From contig CAVPZI010000009.1 in assembly GCA_963710235.1 (NCBI GenBank), positions 119,417-183,416 of the forward strand: 64,000 bases of DNA, read 5' to 3'. The notes beneath the pieces are model-generated. The model made no database searches and was not told the origin of the DNA. It was given only the letters and a program-made list of their open reading frames with translations. Numbering within the stretch: position 1 is the first letter of the stretch; every line of letters begins with the position of its first letter. The DNA is from an uncultured Alphaproteobacteria bacterium. GTDB taxonomy: Bacteria; Pseudomonadota; Alphaproteobacteria; Rhizobiales; Xanthobacteraceae. Shown here piece by piece: positions 37,223-47,282 of the stretch. The translations under genes and the position numbers were made by a program.

Positions 37223-37891
37223 ATGCGCGCCGCAACCACCAATTCCTCGATCCACGCCCGCCCGCCTGTTGTTCGGCTGGGCTCGCTTCCCGAAGGCCCG
37301 CTGGGCATGATCGGCGCGCCGATGCAGTTCAGCCGCAATGCCGAAGTTTACGGTGAGGACGAACCGGCAGAATACCTCTATCAGGTCATTTCCGGGGCGG
37401 TGAGAACCTATCGGATGCTGGACGACGGGCGGCGCCAGATCTCGGCGTTCTATCTGCCGGGCGACATCTTTGGCGTGGAAGCGGGCGAGGCGCATCAGAG
37501 TTCGGCCGAGGCCGTGACCGATGCGCAGGTGCTGGTGGTCAAGCGCAGCAGCGTTATGGCCCGCGCCGAGCACGAAAAGGATCTGGCCAGGCAGCTTTGG
37601 ACGCTGACGGTACGGGAGTTGCAGCGCGTGCAGCAGCATTCCCTGGTCCTGATCAAGAACGCGGAGGAACGGGTGGCCGGATTCCTGCTCGAGATGGCGG
37701 GCCGCAGTTCCAGCACCGCGGCGATCGAGCTGCCGATGTCGCGCCAGGACATCGCCGATTACCTGGGGCTGACCATCGAAACGGTGTCGCGGACCATCAC
37801 CCAACTGGTGCAGTCCGGCGTCATTGCCCTGGAGACGTCACGGCGCATTGCATTCCGCAACCGGGCCGCGCTGCATCGACTCAACGCCTGA
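37223..37891 (+). CDS. fixK: Crp/Fnr-family transcriptional activator FixK (FixK2-like, no Fe-S Cys motif)
   Basis: 222 aa. cNMP-like beta-barrel. HTH LPMSRQDIADYLGLTIETVSRTITQL is typical of FixK2. No N-terminal Cys cluster; no Cys anywhere. Confidence 0.9.
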   Translation: MRAATTNSSIHARPPVVRLGSLPEGPLGMIGAPMQFSRNAEVYGEDEPAEYLYQVISGAVRTYRMLDDGRRQISAFYLPGDIFGVEAGEAHQSSAEAVTDAQVLVVKRSSVMARAEHEKDLARQLWTLTVRELQRVQQHSLVLIKNAEERVAGFLLEMAGRSSSTAAIELPMSRQDIADYLGLTIETVSRTITQLVQSGVIALETSRRIAFRNRAALHRLNA

Positions 37892-37923
37892 CGGGCGGAT
37901 TGCCGCCGGGTTCGTCACCTACA

Positions 37924-37976
37924 GCGCTTGCCGGTCATATTGGATCACTGAGTGATCCAATATGACCGGGAAGCGC
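37924..37976. repeat. 53-bp near-perfect palindrome (26-nt arms, 1 mismatch, 1-nt centre)
   Basis: GCGCTTGCCGGTCATATTGGATCACT-g-AGTGATCCAATATGACCGGGAAGCGC, 33 bp after the fixK stop. No T-tract follows. Abuts a family B REP. Confidence 0.85.
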
Positions 37977-38044
37977 CGTAGGTTCTATCGTTGGCGCATG
38001 TCCTTGTCGGCGAACCGGATCCACTTCGCCGGGACATGCGCTAG
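37976..38044. repeat. REP-like element, family B, short variant
   Basis: ccgtaggttctatcgttGGCGCATGTCCttgtcggcgaaccggatccacttcgccgGGACATGCGCtag; second copy at 11717..11810. Confidence 0.8.
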
Positions 38045-38063
38045 CGCAAGGAAAAACGCGCGC

Positions 38064-38525
38064 TCACAGCACCTGGTGTACGTCGAGTTCGACCCGGTCG
38101 GGGTGCCGCGCTCCGACGCCGATGAACAGGTTCCGCATCAGCCAGCGGTAATTTGCGGCACCGGTTTCGAACTTCGGCACCGAGCGGAAATAGATCAGCG
38201 AAGGATCGACCGCCTCGCCCTTGGCGATGCGGTCGAGCAGTTCTTTCGGGCCGAAGCGGATGCCGATGTTTTCGATGTAGATCACCGCACCGTCGTCGGT
38301 CTCGAAGGTGTATTTGGCCTCGAGTTCGGTGAATCCGTCGGGGCGGATGACCTGGAAATCGGCGCCGCAGGGATGGATCTTGCCGCTGATAGCGCCGCGC
38401 ACTTCTCCGCCGAGGACTGGAATGACCCGGCGCAGGCCGTGGCCGGTCTCGCCGGCGACGATGGGCGCGCCGATCCGGATGGCGAGGCTGAAGACGTATC
38501 TGGTCGCAAGCTGTGGGGTCGTCAT
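38064..38525 (-). CDS. DUF3237 (UPF0311) family protein
   Basis: 153 aa. GHGLRRVIPVLGGEVRG...ADFQVIRPDG...YIFRSVPKFETG pattern of the DUF3237 beta-barrel family. Confidence 0.65.
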   Translation of the reverse strand: MTTPQLATRYVFSLAIRIGAPIVAGETGHGLRRVIPVLGGEVRGAISGKIHPCGADFQVIRPDGFTELEAKYTFETDDGAVIYIENIGIRFGPKELLDRIAKGEAVDPSLIYFRSVPKFETGAANYRWLMRNLFIGVGARHPDRVELDVHQVL

Positions 38526-38529
38526 CGGC

Positions 38530-39846
38530 CTATCCGATCATGCGCATGGGCAGCCAGATCGCCAGCAGCGGAAACGCGATCAGGATCACCAGCCGAATCA
38601 GGTCGGTGATCACGAACGGCAGCACGCCAACGAAGATTGTCGACATGTTGACGTCCTTGATCACACTCTTGATGACGAACACGTTCATCCCGACTGGCGG
38701 ATGGATCAGGCCGAGCTCGACGGTCATGACGATGATGATGCCGAACCAGATCGGATCGAAGCCGAGCGCCGTCACCACCGGGAACACGATCGGCACGGTC
38801 AGGATCACCATGGCCATGGCGTCCATCAGGCAGCCCAGCACCAGGTACATCAAAAGGATCAGCGCCAGCACGCCATAGGGGCCGATGCCGAGCCCGGTCA
38901 GAAACTCGGTGACATGCTGCGGTGTCTGGGTGATGGTGAGGAAGTAGCCGAAACACAAGGCGCCGATCAGGACGGTGAACACCGCAGCCGCGGTGCGCGT
39001 CGCCTGCAGCAGCGATGCCAGGATGCCTTCCCGGGTCAGCTTGCCGCGCAGGATGCCGATGATGAAGGCGCCGACGGCGCCGACCGCGCCGGCTTCGGTG
39101 GGAATGAAGAAGCCGCCATAGAGCCCGCCGATCACGAACACGAACAGCAACAGCGGCGACCAGACGTCGCGCAGCGCCACCAGCCGGTCCTGCCAGGAGC
39201 TGCGCGGGCCGGCCGGCAAAAACCCCGGCCGGACGAAACCGATGATGGCGATGGTGATCATGTGCATCGCGATCGCCAGCAGGCCCGGCACGATGCCGGC
39301 GATGAACAATTTACCGATGTCCTGCTGGGTGATGATGCCGTAGACCGCGAGCACCGTGGAGGGCGGCAGCATGGCGCCGAGCGTGCCGCCGACCGCGATC
39401 ACGCCGGTAGAGAACGATTGCGGATAGCCGAAGCGGCGCATTTCCGGATAGGCCACCGCGGAGAACGTCGCTGCAGTGGCAACCGAGGAGCCGGAAATCG
39501 CGGCAAACGCGCCGCAGGCGGCGATGGTGGCGATGCCGAGCCCGCCCTTCCAGTGGCCGACGAAGGTGTTGGCGGCGCGGAACAGCTCGCGGCTGATGCC
39601 GGACACCGAGACGAAGGCGCCCATCAACAGGAACATCGGGATCACGCCGAACGAATAATCCGTCACCGTGCGCATGGTGGTCTGGCCGATCAGCTTCAGC
39701 GCCGGGGCCAATCCCGTGAGGTAGCCAAAGCCGGTGATGCCGACCAGACCCATCGCCATGCCGACCGGCACGCGCAGCAGCATCAGCGCGAACAGGCTGA
39801 TGAAGCCGATCAGCGCCACCGCTTCATTGCTCAGCTCGAAGCTCAT
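38530..39846 (-). CDS. dctM: TRAP transporter large permease (DctM family)
   Basis: 438 aa, about 12 TM, with typical DctM start MSFELSNEAVALIGFISLFALMLLRVPVGMAMG. Confidence 0.9.
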   Translation of the reverse strand: MSFELSNEAVALIGFISLFALMLLRVPVGMAMGLVGITGFGYLTGLAPALKLIGQTTMRTVTDYSFGVIPMFLLMGAFVSVSGISRELFRAANTFVGHWKGGLGIATIAACGAFAAISGSSVATAATFSAVAYPEMRRFGYPQSFSTGVIAVGGTLGAMLPPSTVLAVYGIITQQDIGKLFIAGIVPGLLAIAMHMITIAIIGFVRPGFLPAGPRSSWQDRLVALRDVWSPLLLFVFVIGGLYGGFFIPTEAGAVGAVGAFIIGILRGKLTREGILASLLQATRTAAAVFTVLIGALCFGYFLTITQTPQHVTEFLTGLGIGPYGVLALILLMYLVLGCLMDAMAMVILTVPIVFPVVTALGFDPIWFGIIIVMTVELGLIHPPVGMNVFVIKSVIKDVNMSTIFVGVLPFVITDLIRLVILIAFPLLAIWLPMRMIG

Positions 39847-39883
39847 GACGGTAGACTCATGTCAGCAAGTTCATTTGGACCGG

Positions 39884-40450
39884 CTACTCCGCGGTCTTGA
39901 GTTTGATGTCGTGGATATCTTCCGGATGGAAGATCAGCCGGTACGTCCGGATCGCGATCAGCAGCACCGCGGAGACGTCGCCGATCCACGACACCGCGAA
40001 GAATGGCCAGATCGGCACCCCAAGATCCATGGTGAGGATATGCTCGGCGCGGGTCGCGGCCACCTTGTCGAACAGCGTGTAGGTCTGCACCGTCACCACG
40101 AACAGCAGCACCAGGGTGGCGAACACGTCGATCCAGCGCTGGTATTTCGGCGAGACGTTGGCCCAGACCAGGTCGACGGTGATGTGGGTGCCCCGGTAGC
40201 TGGTGGCGGCGATGCCCCAGAAGATCAAAATGCCGAGCAGGTACTGGCCGAAATTGTAGTAGTCGGGAATCGTGTAGGCGAAGAATTTGCGCATGAACAC
40301 CGCGACGAAGGTGTTCAGCGCGACGATGCCAACAAAGATCGCCGCGATCCACTCGATGGAATCGATGAAGCGGTCCATCGCATTTTTTCGCGCCGGCGGC
40401 GGCGGACCGGCGATGGCGCCGTCGGAGGTGATTTCGGGGGTGTCGGTCAT
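39884..40450 (-). CDS. dctQ: TRAP transporter small permease (DctQ family)
   Basis: About 188 aa, 4 TM. ATG 40450 chosen because the longer ORF (to 40531) would start inside a REP element. Confidence 0.85.
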   Translation of the reverse strand: MTDTPEITSDGAIAGPPPPARKNAMDRFIDSIEWIAAIFVGIVALNTFVAVFMRKFFAYTIPDYYNFGQYLLGILIFWGIAATSYRGTHITVDLVWANVSPKYQRWIDVFATLVLLFVVTVQTYTLFDKVAATRAEHILTMDLGVPIWPFFAVSWIGDVSAVLLIAIRTYRLIFHPEDIHDIKLKTAE

Positions 40451-40501
40451 GAAGGCAAGCGTTGGGGAATGATTTAGGGCACGCTCAGCAGCGGCAACTC
40501 C

Positions 40502-40581
40502 GTCATTGCGAGGAGCGAAGCGACGAAGCAATCCAGTGCTTCCTTGTGGCCTCTGGATTGCTTCGCGTCGCTCGCAATGAC
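40502..40581. repeat. REP element, family A (GTCATTGCGAG...GAAGCAATCCAG...CTGGATTGCTTCG...CTCGCAATGAC)
   Basis: 80-bp nested palindrome between dctP and dctQ. Second copy at 42971..43050. Confidence 0.85.
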
Positions 40582-40598
40582 GTGGAGAGGACTGTGCC

Positions 40599-41609
40599 TT
40601 AGAGCCCCGCGCCGAATTTCTTCAGCGCGGCCTGCAGGTCGGCGTCGATCTTGTCGGCGTCGCCGCCGGCCTTCTTGACGGCTTCCTTCCAGGAGGCGTG
40701 TAGCGGTTCGGTCGCCTTCTTCCACTCGGCGAGTTGATCCGGGGTGAGCTGGTAGACCTCGTGATCCGGCAGCGCCTTCATCTTGCCGCGGCCGGCAAAC
40801 TCGAAGTCGGTCCAGGGATCGGTGACCTTGGAGGCCCATTCCGGCGTGCAGTGGTCGTCGATGATCTTCTTCTGGCCGTCGGAGAGCGAATTGTATTTGG
40901 CCAGATTCATGTTGTAGGTGAACACCGTTGAGTAGAGCGGCACGTCCATGGTGAACTTCACCGCCTTGTCGATGCCGAACAGGAACATCGATCCCCACGG
41001 GAAGGTGATTTCATCGGCGACGCCGCGCTCGATGGCGTCGCGGGATTCGGGCGCCGAGGCCTGCACGTTGGTGCCGCCGAACATTTTTACCATTTCACCG
41101 ATCGTGCTCTGCGCCGGCCGCACCTTGACGCCGTTGAGATCGGCGGGCAGCAGGATCTTCTTCTTGCCGTGCAGGGCGCCCGGATCGTGAATGAAGGAGA
41201 AGCACACCTTGGTGTCCTTCATCTCGGTCGGCGCGTATTTATGGTACCACTCGTTGAGCGCCAGCGTGCCCTTCTTGCCGTCGGAGAATGTGAACGGCAG
41301 CTGGCCGGCGGCGGCGATCGGGAAGCGGCCGGCCTGGTAGCCGGGGTTGACGTAGGTGATGTCGGCGATGCCGTCGCGCGCCATGTCGTAATGGTCGAAC
41401 GCCTTGCCGAGCTGTTCGGAAGGAAACACCGTCATCTTGATGGTGCCGCCCGAGGCCTTTTCGATATCCGCGGCCCAGGCCTGGGTCGCCGGCACCAGCG
41501 GATGCGCCGGCGGCACCCACAGCGACACCTTCATGTTGACGGTCTTGTCCTGCGCCAACGCCGGCGTCACACTGGCGGCCAGCAGCAGCGCCAAAAACAG
41601 CTTCCTCAT
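40599..41609 (-). CDS. dctP: TRAP transporter substrate-binding protein (DctP family)
   Basis: Signal peptide MRKLFLALLLAASVTPALAQ and a DctP-type fold. ORF opens at 41654; ATG 41609 has the best RBS spacing. Confidence 0.85.
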   Translation of the reverse strand: MRKLFLALLLAASVTPALAQDKTVNMKVSLWVPPAHPLVPATQAWAADIEKASGGTIKMTVFPSEQLGKAFDHYDMARDGIADITYVNPGYQAGRFPIAAAGQLPFTFSDGKKGTLALNEWYHKYAPTEMKDTKVCFSFIHDPGALHGKKKILLPADLNGVKVRPAQSTIGEMVKMFGGTNVQASAPESRDAIERGVADEITFPWGSMFLFGIDKAVKFTMDVPLYSTVFTYNMNLAKYNSLSDGQKKIIDDHCTPEWASKVTDPWTDFEFAGRGKMKALPDHEVYQLTPDQLAEWKKATEPLHASWKEAVKKAGGDADKIDADLQAALKKFGAGL

Positions 41610-41743
41610 CGACATCCTCTCCCTGGTGACATTCGTGATAATGAGGGGCTTCAATCGCCCCTTTGCGGATATTGTTATATGATATAATTATCATTGCAAG
41701 CCGCACGGCAATGCGGTTCAGGACCGTAACCAAGAACCTATAA

Positions 41744-42934
<1,191 letters not shown>

Positions 42935-42970
42935 GACGCGAAGACGATACGATCCTCCCCGTCATTGCGA

Positions 42971-43050
42971 GCGGAGCGAAGCAATCCAGTGCCGCAAGTA
43001 AGAACTGGATTGCTTCGTCGCAAGAGCTCCTCGCAATGACGAACTCATAG
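42971..43050. repeat. REP element, family A, second copy
   Basis: gtcattgcgagcggagcgaagcaatccagtgccgcaagtaagaactggattgcttcgtcgcaagagctcctcgcaatgac. Confidence 0.85.
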
Positions 43051-43065
43051 ATTGGAACGAGCACC

Positions 43066-43644
43066 ATGCTCACGTTCTACTTCGTGCCCGGTGCGAGTTC
43101 GATGGCGGTGCATATCGCGCTGCACGAGATCGGCGCGCCGTTTGAGGCGCGGCCGATTTCGTTTGCCAGAAAAGAGCAGCGCACGCCGGAATTCCTCAGC
43201 CTCAATGCCGAGGGCAAGGTGCCGACGCTCCTGGTCGACGGCCGGCCGCTGACCGAGGTCGCGGCGATCCTTTATTATCTCGCCAAGCGGTTTCCCGACG
43301 CGGCGCTGCTGCCCGCGGGCGACATCGAAAGCGACGCGCAGGCGATTTCCTGGATGTCGTTCATTGCCTCCACGCTGCATCCGGCGCGCCGGCGCGGGCT
43401 CGACTACGCCAATCAGGTTTATGGCATCGCCGATCGAAGGCTGGGCAGCGGCTGGGGGCTCGGGCGCTATTCGATCGTCGACATCCATCTGTTTCGCTTG
43501 TACTGGCGGCTCGCCAATTCGTTGAAGCCGGATCCGGCGGCATTTCCCAACCTCACGTCGCTTCATGCGCGGATGATGGCGCGGCCGGCGGTGCAACGAA
43601 CCATCGAGGTCGAATCCGCCATCGGCTACGAATTGCCGCCGTAA
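43066..43644 (+). CDS. Glutathione S-transferase
   Basis: 192 aa. N-terminal thioredoxin-like MLTFYFVPGASSMAVHIALHEIGAPFE...EGKVPTLLVDGRPLTEVAAILYYL. Confidence 0.8.
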   Translation: MLTFYFVPGASSMAVHIALHEIGAPFEARPISFARKEQRTPEFLSLNAEGKVPTLLVDGRPLTEVAAILYYLAKRFPDAALLPAGDIESDAQAISWMSFIASTLHPARRRGLDYANQVYGIADRRLGSGWGLGRYSIVDIHLFRLYWRLANSLKPDPAAFPNLTSLHARMMARPAVQRTIEVESAIGYELPP

Positions 43645-43759
43645 CCGTTGCCGGGCGGCTGTTTCAAACAACTGCTGAAACCGCGTTTAAAACTTTGTAG
43701 GTGATGCGTTTCGTCTCAGGATCGCTTTCAATGGCCCGAGCGCCACCGCAAGGGCTTGC

Positions 43760-44176
43760 ATGACTCCAGCCGATATTCCCGAAGGTTTTGAACGGCACTT
43801 CCGGCAGTCGCCGGTTACCGATCCATGGGAACCGCTCTACTCGAAACGAACCGACGCGGCGATTGTCCTCGGCCTGCGGGTCGCCACGCCGCACACCAAT
43901 TCGCGTGGGCTCGCGCATGGCGGGTTGATCACATCCCTGGCCGACGCAGCCATGGGGCTTAGCTGCGCCACAAAACTCGGCAACACCCGGCTGGTCACCG
44001 TCAGCATGGCCATCGACTTCGTCGGCCCGGCAGCGATCGGACACTGGCTGGCGATCGAGACCGACGTCATCAAGACCGGCAGCACGCTGTGTTTCGCGCA
44101 ATGCGCCGTGACCGCGGACGGGGTGATGTGCGCCCGTGCCAATGCGACCTTCCGCGTGGTGCGCAAAGAGGCGTGA
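43760..44176 (+). CDS. PaaI-family (hotdog) thioesterase
   Basis: 138 aa. HTNSRGLAHGGLITSLADAAMG motif of PaaI/YdiI-type thioesterases. Confidence 0.8.
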   Translation: MTPADIPEGFERHFRQSPVTDPWEPLYSKRTDAAIVLGLRVATPHTNSRGLAHGGLITSLADAAMGLSCATKLGNTRLVTVSMAIDFVGPAAIGHWLAIETDVIKTGSTLCFAQCAVTADGVMCARANATFRVVRKEA

Positions 44177-44186
44177 CGCCGCCTCC

Positions 44187-45086
44187 TCAGCGCTTGCTGA
44201 AATTCCAGTCGGCGGTTTCGGTCACAAGATCGATGAAGGTCCGCACCTTGGCCGACAACAGCCGCGAGGTCGGGTAGACGATGTGGATCGGCAGCGGCGA
44301 AACCTCGAAATCGGCCAGCACGATTTTCAGCCGGCCTTTGCCGAGCGCCTCCGCCGCCTGGTAGGCCATCACCCGGGTGAGACCGCCGCCCTGCCCGGCA
44401 TGCCAGATCGCGGCGTCGGCGCTGTTGGTGGAAAAACGCGGCGTCACTGCAACGCCAAATTCCTTGCCGCGCTCGACAAAATGCCACTCCGGCGCCGCTG
44501 CGGTGGCGCCGAACTGGATGGTGTCGTGCGCTGTGACTGCCGCCGGCGTTTTCGGCTCACCGCGGCGCCTGAGATAGTCCTTTGAGGCGACCACGATGCG
44601 CCGCATGTCGCCGACGGTGCGCGCCACCAGGCTGGAATCGGCCAGATGGCCGATCCGCACCGCGCAATCGACGCCGTCTTCCACCAGATTGACCATACGA
44701 TCCGTCAGCCGCAATTCGCCGGCCACGTCCGGGTAACTCTTGAGCCAGGCCGACATGACCGGCGTAACGTGAAGCCGGCCGAACCCCAGCGGCGCCGAGA
44801 CCACCAGGCGCCCGCTCGGCTTCGTCCGTTCGGCGCTGGCCGAGGTCTCGGCCTCCTCGACGTCGGCCAGGATGCGGCGGGCGCGCTCCAGATAGCGGGC
44901 GCCGACGTCGGTCAGCGTCACCGACCGCGTGGTCCGCTGCAAGAGCCGGGCGCCGACGCGCTCTTCCAGCGCCGCGACCAGCCGCGTCACCCCCGACGCC
45001 GACAGCCCGAGTTTGCGGGCGGCGGGCGCGAACCCGCGCAGGTCCGCGACCAGGACAAAGGCCTGCATGGCATCGATACGGTCCAT
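44187..45086 (-). CDS. LysR-family transcriptional regulator
   Basis: 299 aa. N-terminal wHTH MDRIDAMQAFVLVADLRGFAPAARKLGLSASGVTRLVAALEERVGARLLQRTTR. Confidence 0.9.
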   Translation of the reverse strand: MDRIDAMQAFVLVADLRGFAPAARKLGLSASGVTRLVAALEERVGARLLQRTTRSVTLTDVGARYLERARRILADVEEAETSASAERTKPSGRLVVSAPLGFGRLHVTPVMSAWLKSYPDVAGELRLTDRMVNLVEDGVDCAVRIGHLADSSLVARTVGDMRRIVVASKDYLRRRGEPKTPAAVTAHDTIQFGATAAAPEWHFVERGKEFGVAVTPRFSTNSADAAIWHAGQGGGLTRVMAYQAAEALGKGRLKIVLADFEVSPLPIHIVYPTSRLLSAKVRTFIDLVTETADWNFSKR

Positions 45087-45094
45087 GCCACTAT

Positions 45095-45115
45095 TTCATA
45101 TATTGCAACAATGAA
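45095..45115. promoter_or_regulatory. LysR-type T-N11-A operator TTCAT-N11-ATGAA
   Basis: Perfect dyad TTCATatattgcaacaATGAA, 9 bp upstream of the LysR ATG, in the divergent region toward 45212. Confidence 0.55.
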
Positions 45116-45211
45116 GTGTCAATCCGGATAATTGTTTAAACGGCGGAACAGGCCATTTTAACCGCGAGACGAGTTTGCCGCTCGCCCGGGATTATTTCTG
45201 GGAGACACCTC

Positions 45212-45838
45212 ATGACCGACACCCTCACCTATTCCAGCGACGTCGCCTTCAGTCCCGCGGTGAAATCGATCCAGGCCCGCAAGGGATCGCGCGATGCTTA
45301 TGCGCGGGTGGAGCAGCACGGCGGCTGGCGCACCGAGGTCGACGAAAACCTGGCGTCGTTTCTCGCCGACACCAACAGTCTCTATTTCGCCACCGCCAGC
45401 GCCGACGGCCAGCCCTATATCCAGCACCGCGGCGGGCCGAAGGGCTTTGTCAAAGTTCTCGACAAGAGGACGCTGGCGTTCGCCGATTACAGCGGCAACC
45501 GGCAGTTCATCACCCAGGGCAACCTCGCCGAAAACCGGAAAGCCCATCTGTTCGTGATGGATTACGCGCATCGGCGCCGGGTCAAGATCTGGGGCGAGGC
45601 GCGGGTGGTGGAGGACGATCCGGCGCTGCTGGCCTCGCTGATGCCGCAGGGCTACCGGGCGCGGCCGGAGCAGGCGATCCTGTTCACGATTTCAGCGTGG
45701 GATACCAACTGCCCGCAGCACATTCCGCAGAAATTCGACGCCACCGACGTCGCGGCCGCGCTGGCGATGCGCGACGCAAGGATTACTGAACTCGAGGCGG
45801 AGCTGGCGGCGCTGAAGGGCAAGGCGGCCGCGGATTAG
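45212..45838 (+). CDS. Pyridoxamine 5'-phosphate oxidase-like FMN-binding protein
   Basis: 208 aa. LYFATASADGQPYIQHRGGPKGFVKVLD...FADYSGNRQFITQGNL is the split-barrel pattern. Confidence 0.7.
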   Translation: MTDTLTYSSDVAFSPAVKSIQARKGSRDAYARVEQHGGWRTEVDENLASFLADTNSLYFATASADGQPYIQHRGGPKGFVKVLDKRTLAFADYSGNRQFITQGNLAENRKAHLFVMDYAHRRRVKIWGEARVVEDDPALLASLMPQGYRARPEQAILFTISAWDTNCPQHIPQKFDATDVAAALAMRDARITELEAELAALKGKAAAD

Positions 45839-46028
45839 CCCAGCGCGCGCCGGCCAACGCGCAGGAGACGTAATGCTGGATCAGCCGCTCGATGGCGCGG
45901 ACCACCGCGCGCCGCAGTTCGATCCGGACCTGCTGCGAGGCCCGCTTGAGCCCGGTCGTCATCCTGGTGACGAAGGGATTGAATTCCGGCCGGCCGAAGC
46001 CGGCGCCGCAGCCGTGAAGAACGATCAT
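45783..46028 (-). pseudogene. Remnant of a GST-family gene, partial duplicate of 46452..47180
   Basis: MIVLHGCGAGFGRPEFNPFVTRMT versus MITLYGFGAGFGLPEKSPFVTKTE. RAIERLIQHYVSCALAGARWANP versus VERMVEHHVYSALVAARWLDP. Internal deletion; the tail overlaps the neighbouring gene. Confidence 0.55.
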
Positions 46029-46119
46029 GACAAAGATTCCCTGAATTATATTTGCTGTCTCGAACCTAGCAACAGGCTGCTGCCAGCGTCGTGTCAGCAG
46101 CGAAGACCGGTGCCAAAAG

Positions 46120-46190
46120 ACGTGGATGGCCGGGCATAGGCGAGCGGAAGCGACGCCGTCTTTCGGACGACCATGGCCCGGCCATGACGG
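46120..46190. repeat. REP-like hairpin (ATGGCCGGGC...GCCCGGCCAT)
   Basis: 10-nt inverted arms at 46126-35 and 46176-85 in an intergenic region. Confidence 0.5.
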
Positions 46191-46222
46191 TCACTTCCGG
46201 GGGAGGCTAAAATAGACGCCAC

Positions 46223-46426
46223 TCACTCCCGCCAGAACGGCTTTTCGATCTCGTTGATGATGTCGCAGCGGCAGACGCCGACATCGTGCAGGTCGCGCTC
46301 GGTCCAGCGCGCCAGTTCGCGGCGTTGCAGCTGGCGCTCGCGCCAGACGTGGAGCGTCTCGCCGATCTGGGCCAGCAGCCCGGGACCAGAATGACTGGTT
46401 CTCGCTTCATGGATGTCCGTGCGCAT
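46223..46426 (-). CDS. DUF1127 domain-containing small protein
   Basis: 67 aa. ...RERQLQRRELARWTERDLHDVGVCRCDIINEIEKPFWRE is the DUF1127 C-terminal signature. Confidence 0.7.
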   Translation of the reverse strand: MRTDIHEARTSHSGPGLLAQIGETLHVWRERQLQRRELARWTERDLHDVGVCRCDIINEIEKPFWRE

Positions 46427-46451
46427 TGTTGTCTCCCGAAACCAGGCTGCC

Positions 46452-47180
46452 TCAGGCCGCAAGCTCCTCGTCCGACCACGGGTGATCCGGATAGAACTGC
46501 CCCATCATGCGGTCGACATAGGCGTTGAGATTTTCGAACTGCAGCGCGCGCCGCCGCAGCGACGACTCGAAGAACGGCGTCAGGATTCCGGCCACCATGC
46601 CGAACACGGTGGCGTCGGTGCCGCACGGCCGCTCGCCCATCAGGTAGCGGCTTTTGGCCAAAAGCTGCGACAACGCCGCCAACGAACGGGCGGCGAGGCC
46701 GACGGCTTCTTCCGGCGTATGGCGGCCAAGCCCGCCGATTCGGTAGTTCTCCGCCACCCGCGCCACTGCGCTGGTGCAGACCGCTTCGCGCGCCTCCTCC
46801 GGGGCGGCGTCGAAGAAGTGCACCGGTCCCCTGGCGAAATTCTCCGGATCGAGCCAGCGGGCGGCAACCAGCGCGGAATAGACGTGGTGTTCGACCATGC
46901 GCTCGACGGTCCAGGCCTGGGCGCGCTGCAGCGGCGACAGGCCGGCGTCGAAATCGAAGCCATATTTGCCCTCGATATGGGCACGGATAAAGGTAGAGTT
47001 GGCGATCTGCTCGCCATCGTCCTCGATATAGGGCATTTGTCCCTTCGGCGAGGCGGGCGGCAGCGCCAGCTGCTTGCAATAGTCGAGACCGGCCATCTTG
47101 AGCTGGACTTCGGTCTTGGTCACGAACGGGCTCTTTTCCGGCAGGCCGAATCCGGCGCCGAAGCCATAGAGGGTAATCAT
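46452..47180 (-). CDS. Glutathione S-transferase family protein
   Basis: 242 aa from ATG 47180 (MITLYGFGAGFGLPEKSPFVTK...). The 456-aa ORF to 47822 is an upstream artefact overlapping the yafY-like gene. Confidence 0.75.
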   Translation of the reverse strand: MITLYGFGAGFGLPEKSPFVTKTEVQLKMAGLDYCKQLALPPASPKGQMPYIEDDGEQIANSTFIRAHIEGKYGFDFDAGLSPLQRAQAWTVERMVEHHVYSALVAARWLDPENFARGPVHFFDAAPEEAREAVCTSAVARVAENYRIGGLGRHTPEEAVGLAARSLAALSQLLAKSRYLMGERPCGTDATVFGMVAGILTPFFESSLRRRALQFENLNAYVDRMMGQFYPDHPWSDEELAA

Positions 47181-47282
47181 GCGGGCCTCTTTACGGTTTG
47201 AAACTTCGCCCAGTCTGCCCAACCCCTGCTGCCAACGTGCTGTCAGCATCGACCGCCGCTGCCACCGAAAAAGAGGCCCCCG

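Noticed and set aside
43661-43681. GTTTCA-N9-TGAAAC dyad after the GST gene, as a terminator or operator.
   Set aside because: It is a short AT-rich 6-bp stem without a T-tract, and no context supports a function.
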